NCBI GenBank assembly: GCA_964530145.1
Contig: CAZGXY010000080.1
Location: 70,822-134,821 of the forward strand
Direction of reading: 5' to 3'
Length of the DNA stretch: 64,000 nt
Source of the DNA: an uncultured Acidobacteriaceae bacterium
Lineage (GTDB): Bacteria; Acidobacteriota; Terriglobia; Terriglobales; Acidobacteriaceae
Part shown: in pieces, positions 1 through 9,255 of the stretch
Position numbering within the stretch: the stretch's first letter is position 1
Layout: every line of letters begins with the position of its first letter
Position numbers and translations under genes: made by a program
Notes under the pieces: model-generated
Seen by the model: only the letters and a program-made list of their open reading frames with translations
What the model was told of the DNA's origin: nothing
Database searches by the model: none

Positions 1-241
1 ACGTGGCTTCATTCACCGCCTTGAGGCCAACCTGTCCAGATCGAGAAGTGTTTCCTTCTCCTACCCATGCAACTTCGAAGTGTTCGCGTCGATTGGCCCG
101 GACAAGAACAACCTCGCTGCCGGCCCTTAATCTGTGCCGGACGCCGGTCAAGAGCGCACCCGCCCGGCTCACGATCGAGGACTTAACTTCCTGCTCAATA
201 GTCTGGCCCCTTATATCGGTGCCGGTTAATGTAACAGTCAA
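1..241 (-). CDS. partial CDS (first ~80 codons, runs off the window start); possible non-canonical PilZ-like beta-barrel protein
   Basis: Minus-strand frame is open from TTG 239-241 to position 1. It is absent from the ORF track because no stop lies in the window. The TTG overlaps the TGA stop of the upstream chemoreceptor (TTGA). Translation [64 protein letters not shown] resembles the core of PilZ-type barrels but has no RxxxR. No SD seen; start uncertain. Confidence 0.3.
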   Translation of the reverse strand, partial: MTVTLTGTDIRGQTIEQEVKSSIVSRAGALLTGVRHRLRAGSEVVLVRANRREHFEVAWVGEGNTSRSGQVGLKAVNEAT

Positions 242-1920
242 GGCTTGTCGAGGCGATCTTCGGCGCGTTCGATCTTGAACCGGCGCATGAGGGTGCTGAT
301 CTGCATAGCGACGCTGGCCAGTTCCTGCGCCGCTCTGTTGGATTCTTGTGCGCGCGCTGCCGTTACCTCGGCTGCCTGCGCAACGCCGCCGATACTGGTC
401 GAGATGTCGACGGCTCCCTTGGCTGCGTCGCTGGCATTGCGAGTCATTTCGTTGGTCGTGGCGCTCTGCTCTTCAACGGCGGCGGCAATCGTGCCCGAGA
501 TGGTGTTGATCTGGTCAATCACGCTGCTCACCGTAGAGATCGCCGCGTTTGCGCCCTGGGTATCCACCTGAATCGCGTTGATTTTGCGGCCGATGCCTTC
601 GGTCGCTTTGGCAGTCTGGTTGGCCAGCGCTTTCACTTCGTTCGCCACTACGGCGAAGCCCTTGCCTGCTTCCCCAGCGCGCGCCGCTTCGATGGTCGCG
701 TTCAAGGCAAGCAGGTTCGTCTGCTGCGCGATTGCGGTAATGACCTTGACTACTTCTCCGATCTCTTTGCTCGACTGGCTGAGTTTGGCCACCGAAGCAT
801 CGGCAGTCTGGGCGACACCGACGGCGGAGGTAGCCACTTTGGCGGCGTCGTGGGCGTTCGCGGCAATGCTTTGAATGGTGGACGTCATCTCGCCGGCGCC
901 GGTCGACAGGCTTTGTAGATTCTGCGAAACCTGCTGCGTGACTTGCGCTACAGAGCTGGATTGCGCTGCCGTCTCTCCGGCGTTGGCGGTAATCTGCCCG
1001 CTCGCTTCCAGTAGTTGCTGGCTGGCGGTCGCGAGTTTGTTGGTCTGCGACGAGACGCCTCGAAGAATTTCCTGGAGCTTGTCCATAAACCGGTTGAAGA
1101 GGCGGCTGACTTCCCCAAGTTCGTCGTTACCGAAGCCGCCCGCCACCTCCAGACGCTTAGTGACATCGCCTTCTCCCTCGGCGATGTCGCGAATCATCTC
1201 CGTCAATCGCCTGAGGCCGGCGGAAGTGTGACGGATCAGGAAAAAAGCCGCCACCACACCGAAGCCTAGCGCTGACAGAATGGTCGCGCTCAGGGCCAGC
1301 TTGAGTGAGCGGCCTACCGCGTGGATCTCAGCCTTCTTTTCCCCCAGAAGAGTCTGGAATGCATCCGACATCGAGCCAATGGTTTCCCGCAGTGCGTCCG
1401 CCGCCGTTGTCCCGTTGTCGGTGTACTCATTGCCCGCCTTGATGACATCGTTAGCGCCCCCTGAAGCATGATCGATCGCTCGCCGTTGGGCATCATGCAG
1501 GAGGGTTAGCTGCTCCTTGATTTTAGCGAGGCGGTCACGATTTTCCTGAAGAGTCCTTCTTGGAGCCAGTTGGTCCACTTGGACGATGTCCCGTTCGACG
1601 TTTTCCCATGTTTTACTCCATAACTTCAGGGCTACTTCTCTGCGGTCTGGTTCGGATCCCGCGAGAATGGCCTGGCGGGCCTTGACCGAAGTCATGTTTA
1701 TGTCGCGCTGCAAATCTTTGGCGGCTTCGATCGAGGGGAAATGTGATTCCAACATCCCATCTAAATCTGAAACGAGGTCGGACAATTTGAAATAGCTAAT
1801 AGTAGATCCGGTGACCGCCAATCCAAGAACTACGGCGAAGCTAAAGCACAGTTTTTTCCCGAGGGTGAGTCTCACTGCGTTCTCCGGGGAACCTTTATCT
1901 AAACGACTTATCGACCGCAA
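238..1920 (-). CDS. methyl-accepting chemotaxis protein (2 TM, periplasmic helical sensor, HAMP, MCP signalling domain)
   Basis: 560-aa ORF with the conserved MCP hairpin tip [34 protein letters not shown]1 is [19 protein letters not shown]; TM2 is [20 protein letters not shown], followed by a HAMP-like segment. The likely true start is GTG 1875 (GGAGA 5 nt upstream) rather than TTG 1920. Confidence 0.92.
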   Translation of the reverse strand: MRSISRLDKGSPENAVRLTLGKKLCFSFAVVLGLAVTGSTISYFKLSDLVSDLDGMLESHFPSIEAAKDLQRDINMTSVKARQAILAGSEPDRREVALKLWSKTWENVERDIVQVDQLAPRRTLQENRDRLAKIKEQLTLLHDAQRRAIDHASGGANDVIKAGNEYTDNGTTAADALRETIGSMSDAFQTLLGEKKAEIHAVGRSLKLALSATILSALGFGVVAAFFLIRHTSAGLRRLTEMIRDIAEGEGDVTKRLEVAGGFGNDELGEVSRLFNRFMDKLQEILRGVSSQTNKLATASQQLLEASGQITANAGETAAQSSSVAQVTQQVSQNLQSLSTGAGEMTSTIQSIAANAHDAAKVATSAVGVAQTADASVAKLSQSSKEIGEVVKVITAIAQQTNLLALNATIEAARAGEAGKGFAVVANEVKALANQTAKATEGIGRKINAIQVDTQGANAAISTVSSVIDQINTISGTIAAAVEEQSATTNEMTRNASDAAKGAVDISTSIGGVAQAAEVTAARAQESNRAAQELASVAMQISTLMRRFKIERAEDRLDKP

Positions 1921-2100
1921 ATTGGAAAGGCATTAACGGGAAGAGATAAGTTCGGCTGCAAATTTTGGGTCGCGCCACTCTCCAGCATCCCCACCCGGAC
2001 GCTTTCTAGAAGTCGACTCAGCGCGCTGTGACCTGCGCGGTGTTAAGATTCGTGGGCCTTGGGGTTCAATCAGAGATTGCAACCGAAAAAGGAGAATTGA

Positions 2101-2535
2101 ATGAAAAGATCACTGTTGGTAATTGGCGTAGTGGCGGCGCTTATCGCCGCATGGTCCGTGGGACGGGTCCACGGGCAGAACGAAATGAAGAAAGTCGTTT
2201 ATGTCTCTTCAGGTCAGGCAAACTACACGTCAATGGCTAAGGGTGTGTCCATGGCCAAAATCTGGGGCGATGCCGACAAGGGAGCGCATGCCACTTTTAC
2301 CAGGTTCGACCCGGGGCAGGACAACGGGATGCACACCCACACGAACGATGTCTGGATCGTCGTTTTGAAGGGCGCATATTTGTACAAAGACGATGCGGGC
2401 GAAAAGCGCATAGCCGCAGGTGACTTTCTACGCGTCCCTGGTGGACACAAGCACTGGAGCGGCAGCGACGCGAAAGAGGGAGCGTTGTTCTATGAGGAAT
2501 CGTCCGGGAAGTTTGATTTGATCCCCGCGAAGTAG
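2101..2535 (+). CDS. secreted cupin-domain protein
   Basis: 144-aa ORF with AGGAGA SD upstream of the ATG and signal peptide MKRSLLVIGVVAALIAAWSVGRVHG. Cupin-like His cluster GMHTHTND and later PGGHKHW. Confidence 0.75.
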   Translation: MKRSLLVIGVVAALIAAWSVGRVHGQNEMKKVVYVSSGQANYTSMAKGVSMAKIWGDADKGAHATFTRFDPGQDNGMHTHTNDVWIVVLKGAYLYKDDAGEKRIAAGDFLRVPGGHKHWSGSDAKEGALFYEESSGKFDLIPAK

Positions 2536-2604
2536 AGAGATTGGAGGCGCCGCGGCGAACCTGCGGTCCGGTGCCGCAGCTGGGACTGTCCTGCTTCTCA
2601 GAAA

Positions 2605-2636
2605 GCTCACCCTTCGGAAACCTACGAAGGGTGAGC
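2605..2636. terminator. hairpin between convergent genes (candidate bidirectional terminator)
   Basis: Perfect 12-bp stem GCTCACCCTTCG / CGAAGGGTGAGC with an 8-nt loop, between the cupin (+) and peroxiredoxin (-) stops. Flanking U-tracts are weak. Confidence 0.5.
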
Positions 2637-2676
2637 AATTCCACCTGAAATAAGGTTACAGCTCCGATCGCGAAAA

Positions 2677-3210
2677 CTACTTCGCTTCCAGTTGCTGCAG
2701 ATCGGCCAGCACTTCTTCGCTGTGACCCTGCGGATTCACCTTCAGGTAAACCTTCCGGATGACGCCCGACGGATCGATCAGGAATGTGTTACGCGCAGCC
2801 AGAGTCATTCCCTTGTAATCCATGACCGAGCCGTATTCCTGCACGACCGTGTGATCGGGATCGGCCAGCAATTTGAAGTTCAATCCTTCTTTCGTGCAGA
2901 AACCTTTATGCGAATCGACGTTGTCGACACTAACGCCGAGAATCACCGCGTTCTTCGCTGTGTACTTATCGATGTCGCGCTGAAAGTTGTGCGCTTCCAT
3001 CGTGCAGCCGGAAGTGAAATCCTTCGGATAAAAATAAAGGACAACCCACTTCCCTTTATATTGATCGAGAGAAACCTGCGCACCTTCCTGGCTGGGCAAA
3101 GAGAAAGCCGGGGCTTGCGCGCCGGTCGCCGGGGGCTGAGGCTGATCGGCAGCACCGGCGGAGAGTGACGCCAACAACAAAATTGCGAGAAGCTGCGAGA
3201 AAATTTTCAT
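2677..3210 (-). CDS. bcp: thiol peroxidase / peroxiredoxin, Bcp type, with signal peptide
   Basis: FYPKDFTSGCTMEA contains the peroxidatic-Cys motif of Bcp/PrxQ peroxiredoxins. Start moved from 3279 to ATG 3210 (SD GGAAAGGA), giving signal peptide MKIFSQLLAILLLASLSAGAA. Confidence 0.9.
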   Translation of the reverse strand: MKIFSQLLAILLLASLSAGAADQPQPPATGAQAPAFSLPSQEGAQVSLDQYKGKWVVLYFYPKDFTSGCTMEAHNFQRDIDKYTAKNAVILGVSVDNVDSHKGFCTKEGLNFKLLADPDHTVVQEYGSVMDYKGMTLAARNTFLIDPSGVIRKVYLKVNPQGHSEEVLADLQQLEAK

Positions 3211-3385
3211 AACGGTCCTTTCCACGATCACGTAGGGGCCAAGTAAGGATAAACGATCCAGCCCGGCGCCGCATGTCACGAGATTGTCAATTCTCGTTCG
3301 GGCTTCCGCAACCGCATTTGCGGCAATGGTCGACGCACCAAGGGCCCACGCCGAGGATTTCTGCAGTTCGTACGACCTGCGGCGC

Positions 3386-5557
3386 TTACTTCGAATCGGC
3401 GCTCTCCACCAGGCCGCGATCCTTCAACATGGGAGCGATGCTCGGTTCCGCCCCCCGCCACGCTTTGTACATTTTCGGCAGGTCTTCGGTGTTCCCTCTC
3501 GACAGCACCATCTGCCGGAAGCGATCTCCATTGGCGCGGGTCAGCCCACCATGATCTTCGAACCATTGATAGGCATCGTCGTCGAGCATCTCGCTCCATA
3601 AGTAAGCGTAGTAACCGGCGGCATAGCCATTGGCCCATATGTGCAGGAAATAACTGGAGCGGTAACGGGGCGGCACGTTACCGATGGCGAGGTGTGTCTT
3701 TTGCAGGGCCTCGGTTTCGAACGCATCCGCATTTTGCAGCGGAGCGCCGGGCGCCAGCGTGTGCCATTGCATATCGAGTTCGGCCGCAGCCAGAATTTCG
3801 GTGAGCGCGTATCCCTGATTAAACGTCTTCGCCTTCTTGATCTTGGCCGCAAGTTCGGCCGGCATGGGTTCGCCCGTCTTGTAATGTTTGGCGTAGTGAC
3901 TGAAAACGGCCGGATAGCTGGCCCAGTGCTCGTTGAACTGCGACGGAAATTCAACAAAATCGCGCGGCACCGCCGGACCCGAGAGCGTGGGATATACCGT
4001 ATTGGCGAAGATGCCATGCAGACCGTGGCCGAATTCGTGGAACATGGTCGTTACGTCGGTGAAGCTCAAGAGAGCGGGCTCACCGGGTGCGGGTTTGGCG
4101 AAGTTGGCAACGTTATAGATCACGGGCAGCGTGCCCAGCAGTTTGGACTGATTCACAAATTCCTCCATCCATGCGCCGCCGTTTTTATTGTCGCGTTTGA
4201 AATAGTCGCAGTAGAAAAGTGCCAGGGGCTTGCCGTCGGAGTCAGAGACCTGGAAAACACGCACGTCGGGGTTGTAGACGGGAATGTCTTTGCGCTCTTC
4301 GAAGGTCAATCCGTAGAGCTGGTTGGCGGCATAGAAGACGCCGTTCTGAAGAACGTTATCGAGTTCGAAATAGGGCTTGATTTCGGATTCGTTGAGATCG
4401 TATTTCGCTTTGCGGACCTGCTCGGCGTAAAAGTTCCAGTCCCAGGGTTCAAGCTTGAAGCCTCCATTCTGCGAGTCAATCAACGATTGAATGTCAGCAG
4501 CTTCGCGGGCCGCGCGCGAGGTGGCGCCAGGGACCAGCGCATCCATGAACTTGGTGGCAGCTTCCGGATTCTTAGCCATCTGATCTTCGAGCACCCATGC
4601 GGCGTAGGTAGGATAGCCAAGCAATTTGGCCTTCTGTGCGCGAATCTGCGCGAGACGCACGATCGTGCTGCGTGTGTCGTTCGCATCATTGCGTTCGGCG
4701 CGATCGATTGAATTGTCAAAAATTGCCTGACGCGTTGAGCGCTGCTTCAGTTCGGCGAGCGTGGGTTGTTGCGTGGTGTTCTGCAACGGAATTACATAGC
4801 CATCGGCTTTTCGGTCCTTTGCAGCTTGGGCTGCTCCTGCGATTTGCGCATCGGTCAATCCCGCCAACACAGCTTTGTCCTGCGTTACATAAGCGCCTGC
4901 CTTGGCCGCTGCCAACAATTTGGTGGTGAATGCGTTCGAAAGCGTCGAGTCTTCCTCATTGAGCTTTTTGACGGTGGCTTTGTCGGCCTCGCTGAGGTTG
5001 GCGCCGGCATGCACGAACCGCTTGTAATCGATATCGAGCAGTCGCATGGACTCCGCGTCTAAGTGGAGCGAATCGCGATCTTTGTACAGTTTCGCCACGC
5101 GCTGGAACAGTTTGGAGTTGAGAAAGATGTCGTCTTGCAAGGCAGCGATCCGAGGGGCTTCGTAGTCCTGCACCTTCTGCAAGTCCTCATTGAGATTGGC
5201 GGAGGTGACTCCATTGAAAACCAGCCACACGCGGTTGAACAGTTGGCCCGACTTTTCCATGGCGACAATCGTGTTCTCAAACGTTGGTGACGCGGGATTT
5301 TCGGCGATGGCCTGCATCTCCTTACGCTGTTCCGCCATGCCGGCATCGATGGCAGGTTGGTAGTCGCTGTCTTTGATCTTGTCAAAAGGCGGAGCCTGAA
5401 AGGCCAGCGTGCTCGCCGCATAGAAAGGATTGCTGGGGCCGAAATTGGAATCCGCCGTCTGAGACATAACTTGGGTGCTCAACAATAGTGCGGTGGCGAA
5501 GAAAAATAGTGTCATGCAGCCAGAGTTTCTACGAATGCGTTGCAAAGCTGTGCTCAT
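3386..5557 (-). CDS. M3-family zinc metallopeptidase (peptidyl-dipeptidase Dcp / oligopeptidase A-like)
   Basis: HEFGH zinc motif (TTMFHEFGHGLHG); length about 720 aa is typical of Dcp. Start set at ATG 5557 (AGGAAA upstream), giving a hydrophobic signal-like N-terminus. The ORF extends to 5629. Confidence 0.9.
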   Translation of the reverse strand: MSTALQRIRRNSGCMTLFFFATALLLSTQVMSQTADSNFGPSNPFYAASTLAFQAPPFDKIKDSDYQPAIDAGMAEQRKEMQAIAENPASPTFENTIVAMEKSGQLFNRVWLVFNGVTSANLNEDLQKVQDYEAPRIAALQDDIFLNSKLFQRVAKLYKDRDSLHLDAESMRLLDIDYKRFVHAGANLSEADKATVKKLNEEDSTLSNAFTTKLLAAAKAGAYVTQDKAVLAGLTDAQIAGAAQAAKDRKADGYVIPLQNTTQQPTLAELKQRSTRQAIFDNSIDRAERNDANDTRSTIVRLAQIRAQKAKLLGYPTYAAWVLEDQMAKNPEAATKFMDALVPGATSRAAREAADIQSLIDSQNGGFKLEPWDWNFYAEQVRKAKYDLNESEIKPYFELDNVLQNGVFYAANQLYGLTFEERKDIPVYNPDVRVFQVSDSDGKPLALFYCDYFKRDNKNGGAWMEEFVNQSKLLGTLPVIYNVANFAKPAPGEPALLSFTDVTTMFHEFGHGLHGIFANTVYPTLSGPAVPRDFVEFPSQFNEHWASYPAVFSHYAKHYKTGEPMPAELAAKIKKAKTFNQGYALTEILAAAELDMQWHTLAPGAPLQNADAFETEALQKTHLAIGNVPPRYRSSYFLHIWANGYAAGYYAYLWSEMLDDDAYQWFEDHGGLTRANGDRFRQMVLSRGNTEDLPKMYKAWRGAEPSIAPMLKDRGLVESADSK

Positions 5558-5683
5558 AGGTCCGGTTTTCCTGATGTTCTGAATTTGTGCAAACGCTCCA
5601 TAGTACAGGATCGCGTAACCGCCAATCACGCTCAGAATGGGGACTATGCCGGACCGAGGTCCTGCCTCTTTATTTAGCCCACC

Positions 5684-7669
5684 CTATTTCGGCAAATCCA
5701 GCGCCGGATTGTGGGCGAAGAAATTGACAGGCCGCAGCTCGAACTCGTGCCACACCGTCGGAATCACCGGCCAGTCTTCCGCGTGGGGCACGTGATGAAA
5801 TCCTATGGTGTACCAGAGAACGACATCCGTGTTCTCGATGGGCCGGTTTGCTTTCGTCCAAGCCGGCAATCCGTCTCCGCCCTTGCTTTGCGTGGGATAG
5901 TCTCCTGCGGCGTAGCGCTCACTCTCGCGGTACGGCGTGACCCACACTTGATAATCGGTGTACCCGGCGCGTTTTTGCGGATAGTCCTCGGGTGCCATCA
6001 GTGACATCGCATTCTCGCCTCCCATCAATTCATAGCCAACGGGATAGCCCAACGGACTTTTCACATTTGGATTGATGACCCGCCAAAACTCCGGTTGTTC
6101 CATGCTCATGCGTGCCTTTGCCTGCTCTTCTGTTTTCGCAGTTTCCGGCTCGGCTACCCATACGCTCTTCCGCAGGCTATCCGCTGGCAAGCTTTTCGTG
6201 CGCAGCTTGTCCCTGACAAAACTATTCGCCGTCCCATCCACATCGAAATCCAACCGGAAGGAAAAGAAATGATCATGATCCACGCCCACGATGTTCTCGG
6301 AGATGAATCGCCCGTACATCCCATCTTTGCCATCGGTATCCTCCGCAGCCGTGCGGCTCTTGACTGACTTGATCTCATCCTGTCCCGTCGCGCCCGCGCG
6401 CACACGGATGGTTCCATCCTGCTGAAAAATCCAATCGAACAGATAATCGTAATTCCCGAATACGCCAATATTCCGCAATATCAACTCCCGGGATTTGCGG
6501 CTTTCGACAGAACCCTCGTCATGTCTCCACGCCATGTAACCGGAAGGTTGTTCGAAGAGGCACGCCGCCCGCTGCTTCAGATACGTCACCCCCTTGTGAT
6601 CGGCGTACACCTGATCGAAATAGACGGCGTTCTCGGGACAGTCCGACCCGATCTCGAGCGAACTCGAAAATCCATCGTTTGTCTCTCCGATGTCGAAAAA
6701 CGTCCGCGCAAACCATTCTTCACCCGGGTCCATGTAGGGCACAAACATCTCCGAGACCGACCCCTCATACAAAATGGACCGCAAGCGGTCGCCATCCTGA
6801 TAGGCCACATTAGTCACGATCAACCCCACGCGGCGGTCGATGCGGAAATGGAGGTGCCACTTCTCCCAAGTGACCGACTGTCCGCTGAGCCGGAAGCCGG
6901 GACCCAATGGCTGCTCTATTTTTAGTGGTGCGGGAACGTCGCGCAGCTTGCCGAGAGCCGTCGAATCGTACATTCCGGCGTCTTTCGGAATTGGCACGAT
7001 GCCTTCATCGATTACGCGCAACACTTTGCCCTCGTATCCGTCGTATATGGCTGTTAAGCCTTCGATGGGCCTTCCCGCTCCTTCCGTTCCTCCGCGTATA
7101 TCGAGGCAAATGATGCGCAACAACCGCTGGTCTTTCTCCGCGGGCGTCCCGAAAAAACCTGCTCCGTAGCCGCCGCAAAATACAGTGTTGAGATCGGTGA
7201 TTCCTCTTTTCTTAAGAGCTGCCACGATCTCAGCATTGTCTTTCAGCGCGCCATCGATCTCGCCTTCCTGAGCCAGACTGATATAGGGGGGCTGAACTCC
7301 TTTGATCTCCGTCCACGAGACAAGCTTTTTTGCGCCGACATCCACCACGGCTTCGAAAACCTGCCGTCCCTGCTCGACCATGACAAAGGCCTCGCGGCGC
7401 ATGGGCTGACCCGGCTTCCACGCCAGCACTTCTTCCTTCGGCGGTTCCTTTAGTTGAATCATCGGAAAGCTCGACTTCGCATCCGTTTTCCCGGCCGTAT
7501 GCAGCACCTCGGTGGCCGCCCAATATTCAGGCGCCGTCAACGCATCCAGCGGATGCTCAGCACCCTGCGACCAACCTGGTTGCGGCGCCAACAACGCGGC
7601 CGCCATCACGCCGATCAAGACGCCTTTCACCGCCCACACACGTACGACTGCATGCCAGCCAATATTCAT
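5684..7669 (-). CDS. copper-containing primary amine oxidase (topaquinone enzyme), secreted
   Basis: 661 aa with the TPQ precursor consensus N-Y-D-Y (GVFGNYDYLFDW) and a C-terminal His-rich copper site region GFHHVPHAEDWPV. Signal-like N-terminus; AGAGGA SD. Confidence 0.9.
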   Translation of the reverse strand: MNIGWHAVVRVWAVKGVLIGVMAAALLAPQPGWSQGAEHPLDALTAPEYWAATEVLHTAGKTDAKSSFPMIQLKEPPKEEVLAWKPGQPMRREAFVMVEQGRQVFEAVVDVGAKKLVSWTEIKGVQPPYISLAQEGEIDGALKDNAEIVAALKKRGITDLNTVFCGGYGAGFFGTPAEKDQRLLRIICLDIRGGTEGAGRPIEGLTAIYDGYEGKVLRVIDEGIVPIPKDAGMYDSTALGKLRDVPAPLKIEQPLGPGFRLSGQSVTWEKWHLHFRIDRRVGLIVTNVAYQDGDRLRSILYEGSVSEMFVPYMDPGEEWFARTFFDIGETNDGFSSSLEIGSDCPENAVYFDQVYADHKGVTYLKQRAACLFEQPSGYMAWRHDEGSVESRKSRELILRNIGVFGNYDYLFDWIFQQDGTIRVRAGATGQDEIKSVKSRTAAEDTDGKDGMYGRFISENIVGVDHDHFFSFRLDFDVDGTANSFVRDKLRTKSLPADSLRKSVWVAEPETAKTEEQAKARMSMEQPEFWRVINPNVKSPLGYPVGYELMGGENAMSLMAPEDYPQKRAGYTDYQVWVTPYRESERYAAGDYPTQSKGGDGLPAWTKANRPIENTDVVLWYTIGFHHVPHAEDWPVIPTVWHEFELRPVNFFAHNPALDLPK

Positions 7670-8072
7670 AATTGAATCCTCTATTTGCTAAGGCTTTCGG
7701 TAAGACCCGCAGCCGGGTGTTTTCAGCCCCGCCCAGCTTTGGCAGGCACATGGTACTCCTTTGCCGTTCTGGCAGACAAAGGATCCATCGCTTTCAAAGT
7801 CGGCCGCCCCACCAGGAATGGTTGAAGTAAACGGCCCGATGTTACAAAGATTTTTTCTTGAGGTGCGGGCTTTCGATTTCCGCAAAGTTATCGTCGAAGG
7901 CATGCAGCCAGAGCAACGGCTCGCTTTTGATAGCGGAGACCCATTTCTCGCAAGGGTCGAAAAGTGTGCAGACTGAAGGCGTTGCGCGCTCAAGAAATCC
8001 CCACCCTTGCCGGTTCGGAGTTTCTGACCTCCAGGCTCCGAATCGGCAACAGGGAACGACCCGCGCTCCGTT

Positions 8073-8717
8073 CTACTTGCGGCGAATTTCCTGAATGGCT
8101 TTTCGCAAAATCGTCGCGATCCGTTTTCTTTCTTCCGGCGCGGCGTCGATCTTCTCGAAGAGAATCGATTTCAACTCGCTCCGCAACTCGCGGAATTCCA
8201 TTTTTGCCTGACGCCATTCGCTCTTGATCCCGCCACGAACGCCAGCCTCAGCGTCTTCTGCGGCCTCGGCATCTTCCGAGTAGCTTCTTTGAAACTCGGA
8301 AAACCTACGCCCAAACCGCGCCAATTGCTCTAGAATCTCTTCCACGCTGGCGCGGTTTTCAGACAGGTAGGCAGTTCCCTCGGGTGTGATCCGGTAGAGT
8401 TTCTTGGCGCCTTCGCTTTCGCCGGCTGCATGACCCATTTCTTCCAAGTAAGTCAGTGCCGGGTAGACCATTCCGGGGCTCGGCGTGTAAACGCCACTCG
8501 AATGCTCCTCCACGGCTTTGATAATCTCGTACCCGTGGCGCGGCTTCTCGCTCAGCAGAGCCAGGATGATCAGACGAAGGTCACCCGCAGCCAGCATTCG
8601 CGCCGCGCGCCCGCCGAATCCGCGTCCGCCAAACCGCCGGAATCCCCTTCCGAATGAACCGTGATGTCCGCGTTCTTCAGCTATACCCATGCCGCAATGT
8701 TGGTGATGTCGATGCAT
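8073..8717 (-). CDS. PadR-family transcriptional regulator with His/Cys-rich, RGG-like N-terminal extension
   Basis: Winged-helix PadR signature PRHGYEIIKAVEE...GMVYPALTYLEEMG. The N-terminus is MHRHHQHCGMG...GHHG followed by GRGFRRFGGRGFGGR. AGGAGA SD. Confidence 0.85.
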   Translation of the reverse strand: MHRHHQHCGMGIAEERGHHGSFGRGFRRFGGRGFGGRAARMLAAGDLRLIILALLSEKPRHGYEIIKAVEEHSSGVYTPSPGMVYPALTYLEEMGHAAGESEGAKKLYRITPEGTAYLSENRASVEEILEQLARFGRRFSEFQRSYSEDAEAAEDAEAGVRGGIKSEWRQAKMEFRELRSELKSILFEKIDAAPEERKRIATILRKAIQEIRRK

Positions 8718-8773
8718 ATTGTTTTCTATCTCCTAAGTTGTTTGATAACCCATTGTTAAATATATCTTATGAT

Positions 8774-8790
8774 ATGTCAAGAGAAAACAT
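8774..8790 (-). promoter_or_regulatory. candidate PadR operator overlapping a TTGACA -35 box
   Basis: ATGT-N9-ACAT (ATGTCAAGAGAAAACAT) lies 57-73 bp upstream of the PadR start in an A/T-rich region. On the minus strand it overlaps TTGACA-N17-AACAAT. PadR operators are classically ATGT-N8-ACAT, so the spacing is off by one. Confidence 0.25.
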
Positions 8791-8902
8791 CAGGATGAAT
8801 TATCGAAGTGTCAGGACCAGCAATCCCCCGCGAAACCGAGGGGCAGGATTTGGCGGCGGATTGGTTCCCGGCAGAAACGCAACGTCCCTCGACTGCGGGG
8901 TA

Positions 8903-8985
8903 GTTCACTGGCGTGAACGAGCTCCCTCGCTCGGGATGACAGTGCGCCTGTGGCGTTCACTTCTCTGTTATCCCGAGCGGAGCAA
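8903..8985. repeat. REP-like intergenic element (family 1, GTCATCCCGAGCG-type), two inverted copies forming a hairpin
   Basis: CGCTCGGGATGA (8928-8939) and TTATCCCGAGCG (8968-8979) are inverted repeats separated by 28 nt. They are preceded by the small hairpin GTTCAC-TGGC-GTGAAC (8903-8918). Related copies lie at 10020-10054, 52706-52736 and 55929-55958. Confidence 0.6.
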
Positions 8986-9081
8986 CACGGGCCGCAAAGC
9001 GGATCGTTTTACGGAGTCGAGGGACCTTGTGTTTCCTCCGTGGCGAGCGCACTGCGAAAAGCGAAGAAGCGCCGCAGACGT

Positions 9082-9155
9082 CCGCGGAATCCCCCCTTGC
9101 CGCTTCTGAGCGTGCTGGGTACCGGTAGTTTACTGGCGGCAAGGGTGGGCACCCG
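9082..9155 (+). repeat. about 75-nt structured intergenic repeat, copy A
   Basis: CCGCGGAATCCCCCCTTGCCGC...GCGGCAAGGGTGGGCACCCG. The ends can pair (CCCCCCTTGCCGC / GCGGCAAGGGTGGG). About 80% identical by hand alignment to copy B at 9940-10016, same orientation. Confidence 0.6.
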
Positions 9156-9223
9156 ACGTAATGGACCTTAACAATACTTACAACCGCCTGTGCGGTTTGC
9201 GGGGATTTCCACGATGCACGCAG

Positions 9224-9239
9224 CCGTGGAATCCCACCC
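9224..9239 (+). repeat. 16-bp exact direct repeat (left copy) flanking higBA
   Basis: CCGTGGAATCCCACCC is identical to 9940-9955 and lies 16 nt downstream of the higA stop. It is preceded by the near-inverted copy GGGGATTTCCACG (9201-9213), so a hairpin is possible. Confidence 0.7.
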
Positions 9240-9255
9240 GGCACGCCGATGGGCG

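Noticed and set aside
3-278. 91-aa plus-strand ORF at the window start
   Set aside because: The translation is low-complexity (R/T/S/P-rich) and overlaps the chemoreceptor 3' end in antisense. The minus-strand frame, with PilZ-like features, is more plausible.
8654-9244. Several 70-150-aa ORFs on both strands in the PadR-higA spacer, and similar ones at 9858-10311
   Set aside because: They run through the REP-like and structured repeats (peptides such as PSLGMTV and AARVGTRR). They have no SD and overlap each other on both strands. I interpret them as repeat-derived pseudo-ORFs.
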